Assembly (NCBI GenBank): GCA_963721475.1
Contig: CAVRJI010000002.1
Location: 593,451-657,450 of the forward strand
DNA length: 64,000 bases
Direction of reading: 5' to 3'
Source of the DNA: an uncultured bacterium
Lineage (GTDB): Bacteria > Patescibacteriota > Saccharimonadia > Saccharimonadales > UBA4665
A model generated the notes under the pieces. That model saw only the letters and a list, made by a program, of their open reading frames with translations, was not told the DNA's origin and did no database searches. Positions 63,531 through 64,000 of this stretch are shown in pieces (within the stretch, counting starts at the first letter, position 1; each line of letters begins with the position of its first letter). Both the position numbers and the translations under genes were made by a program.

Positions 63531-64000
63531 TTACGGCCGTGGTCGAAGCAGGATCGCTCCGGCAAATTGTTTTGCGGCTTCGGCAAGAGCGGCTTTTCGC
63601 TTGCCATCACGCCCTGGTGCGAGTTCCTTGAAGCCACGATGCCAGGATCCAAGGCCTACGGCAAAGCCCGCATCTTGTATTTGAGGATATGACAGAGTGC
63701 GAGCAAAGGCATGGTCGAGCGGCTCATTCGGATCACGAACGATAATTTCAAAGACTTTTTTGCCAACAGCAGCAATCGTGCGCCTATCTACGGTAGCAGG
63801 CTTCTCGTCGACAGGTATGGCAAGTTCGGAGGCGGGAACGTACTCAAAATCAAGGGATTGACGGTAGTAAGGGCCGTCATTACCTATCTGCTTGGCAGCA
63901 GCGGTTCCCCGATAGACATATTGGAGAGTACCAACATGACCTGGTAACCTCATGCCGAGTTCGTTGTTGATGAACTGGCCGAGACGCCCGAGCTTATCGA
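63531..64000 (-). CDS. hypothetical protein, 5' end outside the window
   Basis: The reading frame stays open upstream of the listed Met to the window edge (…DKLGRLGQFINNELGMRLPG…). No motif recognised. Confidence 0.5.
   Translation of the reverse strand, partial: DKLGRLGQFINNELGMRLPGHVGTLQYVYRGTAAAKQIGNDGPYYRQSLDFEYVPASELAIPVDEKPATVDRRTIAAVGKKVFEIIVRDPNEPLDHAFARTLSYPQIQDAGFAVGLGSWHRGFKELAPGRDGKRKAALAEAAKQFAGAILLRPRP

Noticed and set aside
62819-63652. 277-aa minus-strand ORF spanning the grpE region
   Set aside because: It is antisense to a plus-strand frame with unmistakable GrpE motifs and runs across the bidirectional terminator at 63483-63511. Its composition is low-complexity and typical of a shadow frame.
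1-64000. Alternative genetic code (UGA recoding, as in some candidate-phyla lineages)
   Set aside because: Conserved proteins such as GlmS, FtsH, LepA and AspRS are full length under the standard code, and several genes terminate at TGA at the expected family C-terminus. There is no sign of in-frame TGA read-through.
1-64000. CRISPR arrays, rRNA genes, IS elements, integrases, prophage blocks
   Set aside because: No regularly spaced direct repeats, no rRNA-like sequence, and no DDE/tyrosine/serine recombinase motifs appeared in any listed ORF. The only repeats are the paralog pairs and short motifs already reported.
63531-64000. Peptidase M15/VanY-like or other cell-wall enzyme assignment for the partial terminal ORF
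   Set aside because: The impression rests only on a WH-containing segment (GLGSWHRGF). No complete metal-binding motif is visible and the gene is truncated by the window edge.

Overview
Dense 64-kb chromosomal segment, about 50% GC by eye, with about 70 protein genes and 3 tRNA genes, all with a CAU anticodon. I recognised no rRNA, CRISPR array, transposase or integrase. The standard genetic code fits, because ORFs are intact and many end in TGA. Recognisable content falls into four groups. (1) An envelope-glycan block at 34-9709: PMM/PGM, GDP-mannose pyrophosphorylase, GlmS, a translationally coupled operon of sugar transferase, GT4 and a membrane-fused spermidine-synthase-like protein, and GtrA. 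(2) Repair and translation housekeeping: archaeal-type AspRS, two HhH-GPD glycosylases, TsaC, MazG, Dus, TilS, FtsH, MurJ, LepA, Bcp, and hrcA-grpE behind a CIRCE-like operator. (3) Two ABC-2 exporters, an MFS transporter, VIT1, a CNNM/CorC-like protein, an SPFH protein and a sortase. (4) Many orphan genes, several as tandem paralog pairs. The short versions of housekeeping genes, the orphan load and frequent leaderless-type promoters suggest a reduced-genome bacterium, possibly Patescibacteria/CPR (Saccharibacteria-like); this is inference only. The most interesting locus is a lower-GC island (about 55393-58860) between murJ and lepA. It holds two tandem copies of a divergent gene pair: a ~97-aa acidic protein and a ~410-aa protein fusing an N-terminal HTH to an EgtD-like (Methyltransf_33-type) methyltransferase domain. 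The two divergent promoter regions share a conserved upstream motif. Other candidates are a promoter-to-terminator non-coding unit at 12023-12270, a strongly promoted 31-codon small-ORF/sRNA locus at 39472-39821, a LexA DNA-binding domain without the S24 peptidase, a cysteine-less (clusterless) MutY-like glycosylase, and a -10 hexamer 6-9 nt upstream of at least 17 start codons. All calls come from reading the sequence and from remembered family motifs. No database search was run.
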